This document shows, one piece after another, positions 31,832-32,000 of a DNA stretch of 32,000 nt. Position numbers and translations under genes: made by a program. The DNA is taken from the NCBI RefSeq assembly GCF_000400465.1, contig NW_008806278.1, positions 292,592 through 324,591 on the forward strand. The letters run 5' to 3'. The DNA comes from Wallemia ichthyophaga EXF-994 (Eukaryota; Fungi; Basidiomycota). The stretch's first letter is position 1, and each line of letters opens with the position of its first letter. The notes beneath the pieces are model-generated. The model was not told where the DNA came from. It searched no databases and was given only the letters and a program-made list of their open reading frames with translations.

Positions 31832-32000
31832 TTACCTGGCAACGCCAACTAATTCGGCCTTAGAGAATTCACCGGTTGGCTTTTGTTCCCATCGGTGCTT
31901 AGTTGGAGTTTTTTCTATCGTAACTGGAGATGGGACTTCTTCTGGTGCCTTCTTAGAGTTGAGGTTGCTGAGGTATAATGTCCACAAGACACCACATGAA
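31832..32000 (-). CDS. 3' end of a probable Mpv17/PMP22-family membrane protein (gene continues beyond the window)
   Basis: Minus frame from 31999 reads SCGVLWTLYLSNLNSKK..VGVAR*. The W..YLS..NS pattern matches the last helix of Mpv17/PMP22/Sym1 proteins. A possible 49-nt intron at 31835-31787 would instead end the protein VAS* at 31783. Only 55 codons are visible. Confidence 0.5.
   Translation of the reverse strand, partial: SCGVLWTLYLSNLNSKKAPEEVPSPVTIEKTPTKHRWEQKPTGEFSKAELVGVAR

Noticed and set aside
1-32000. CRISPR arrays, transposons, rRNA genes
   Set aside because: The DNA is eukaryotic, with no spaced direct-repeat array and no transposase, RT or integrase motifs or terminal repeats. 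The only rRNA-matching strings are the short snoRNA guides.

Overview
Compact, intron-rich fungal chromosome segment. Introns are mostly 41-61 nt (GT-AG, CTRAY-like branch points) and intergenic gaps are often under 150 bp. Gene content and architecture look basidiomycete and fit a Wallemia-like genome (inference, not a database match). I resolved about 15 protein-coding genes by hand-splicing the ORF track: GCN1, GABA aminotransferase, a Ser/Pro-rich hypothetical protein, a DH-only RhoGEF, a ~970-aa charged protein, homoserine dehydrogenase, NOC4, mitoribosomal mL41, a metazoan-type 4E-BP, a 3-dehydroshikimate dehydratase-like enzyme, a Zn2Cys6 factor, FMT1, a C2H2 factor, a PTS1-bearing monoglyceride lipase, an SDR, and probably the 3' end of an Mpv17/PMP22 gene. 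The strongest signal is invisible to the ORF track. At 16.58-17.09 kb on the minus strand, a non-coding host transcript carries three intron-encoded box C/D snoRNAs (snR77-like, snR78, snR73). Its first two introns are separated by an apparent 1-nt exon. Other oddities are a required 4-nt microexon in the GABA-T gene, two convergent genes whose stop codons overlap, divergent start codons 46 bp apart, and a GCN1 that appears to lack its last ~300 residues. No tRNA, rRNA, CRISPR array or intact mobile element was seen. All exon coordinates are manual predictions.
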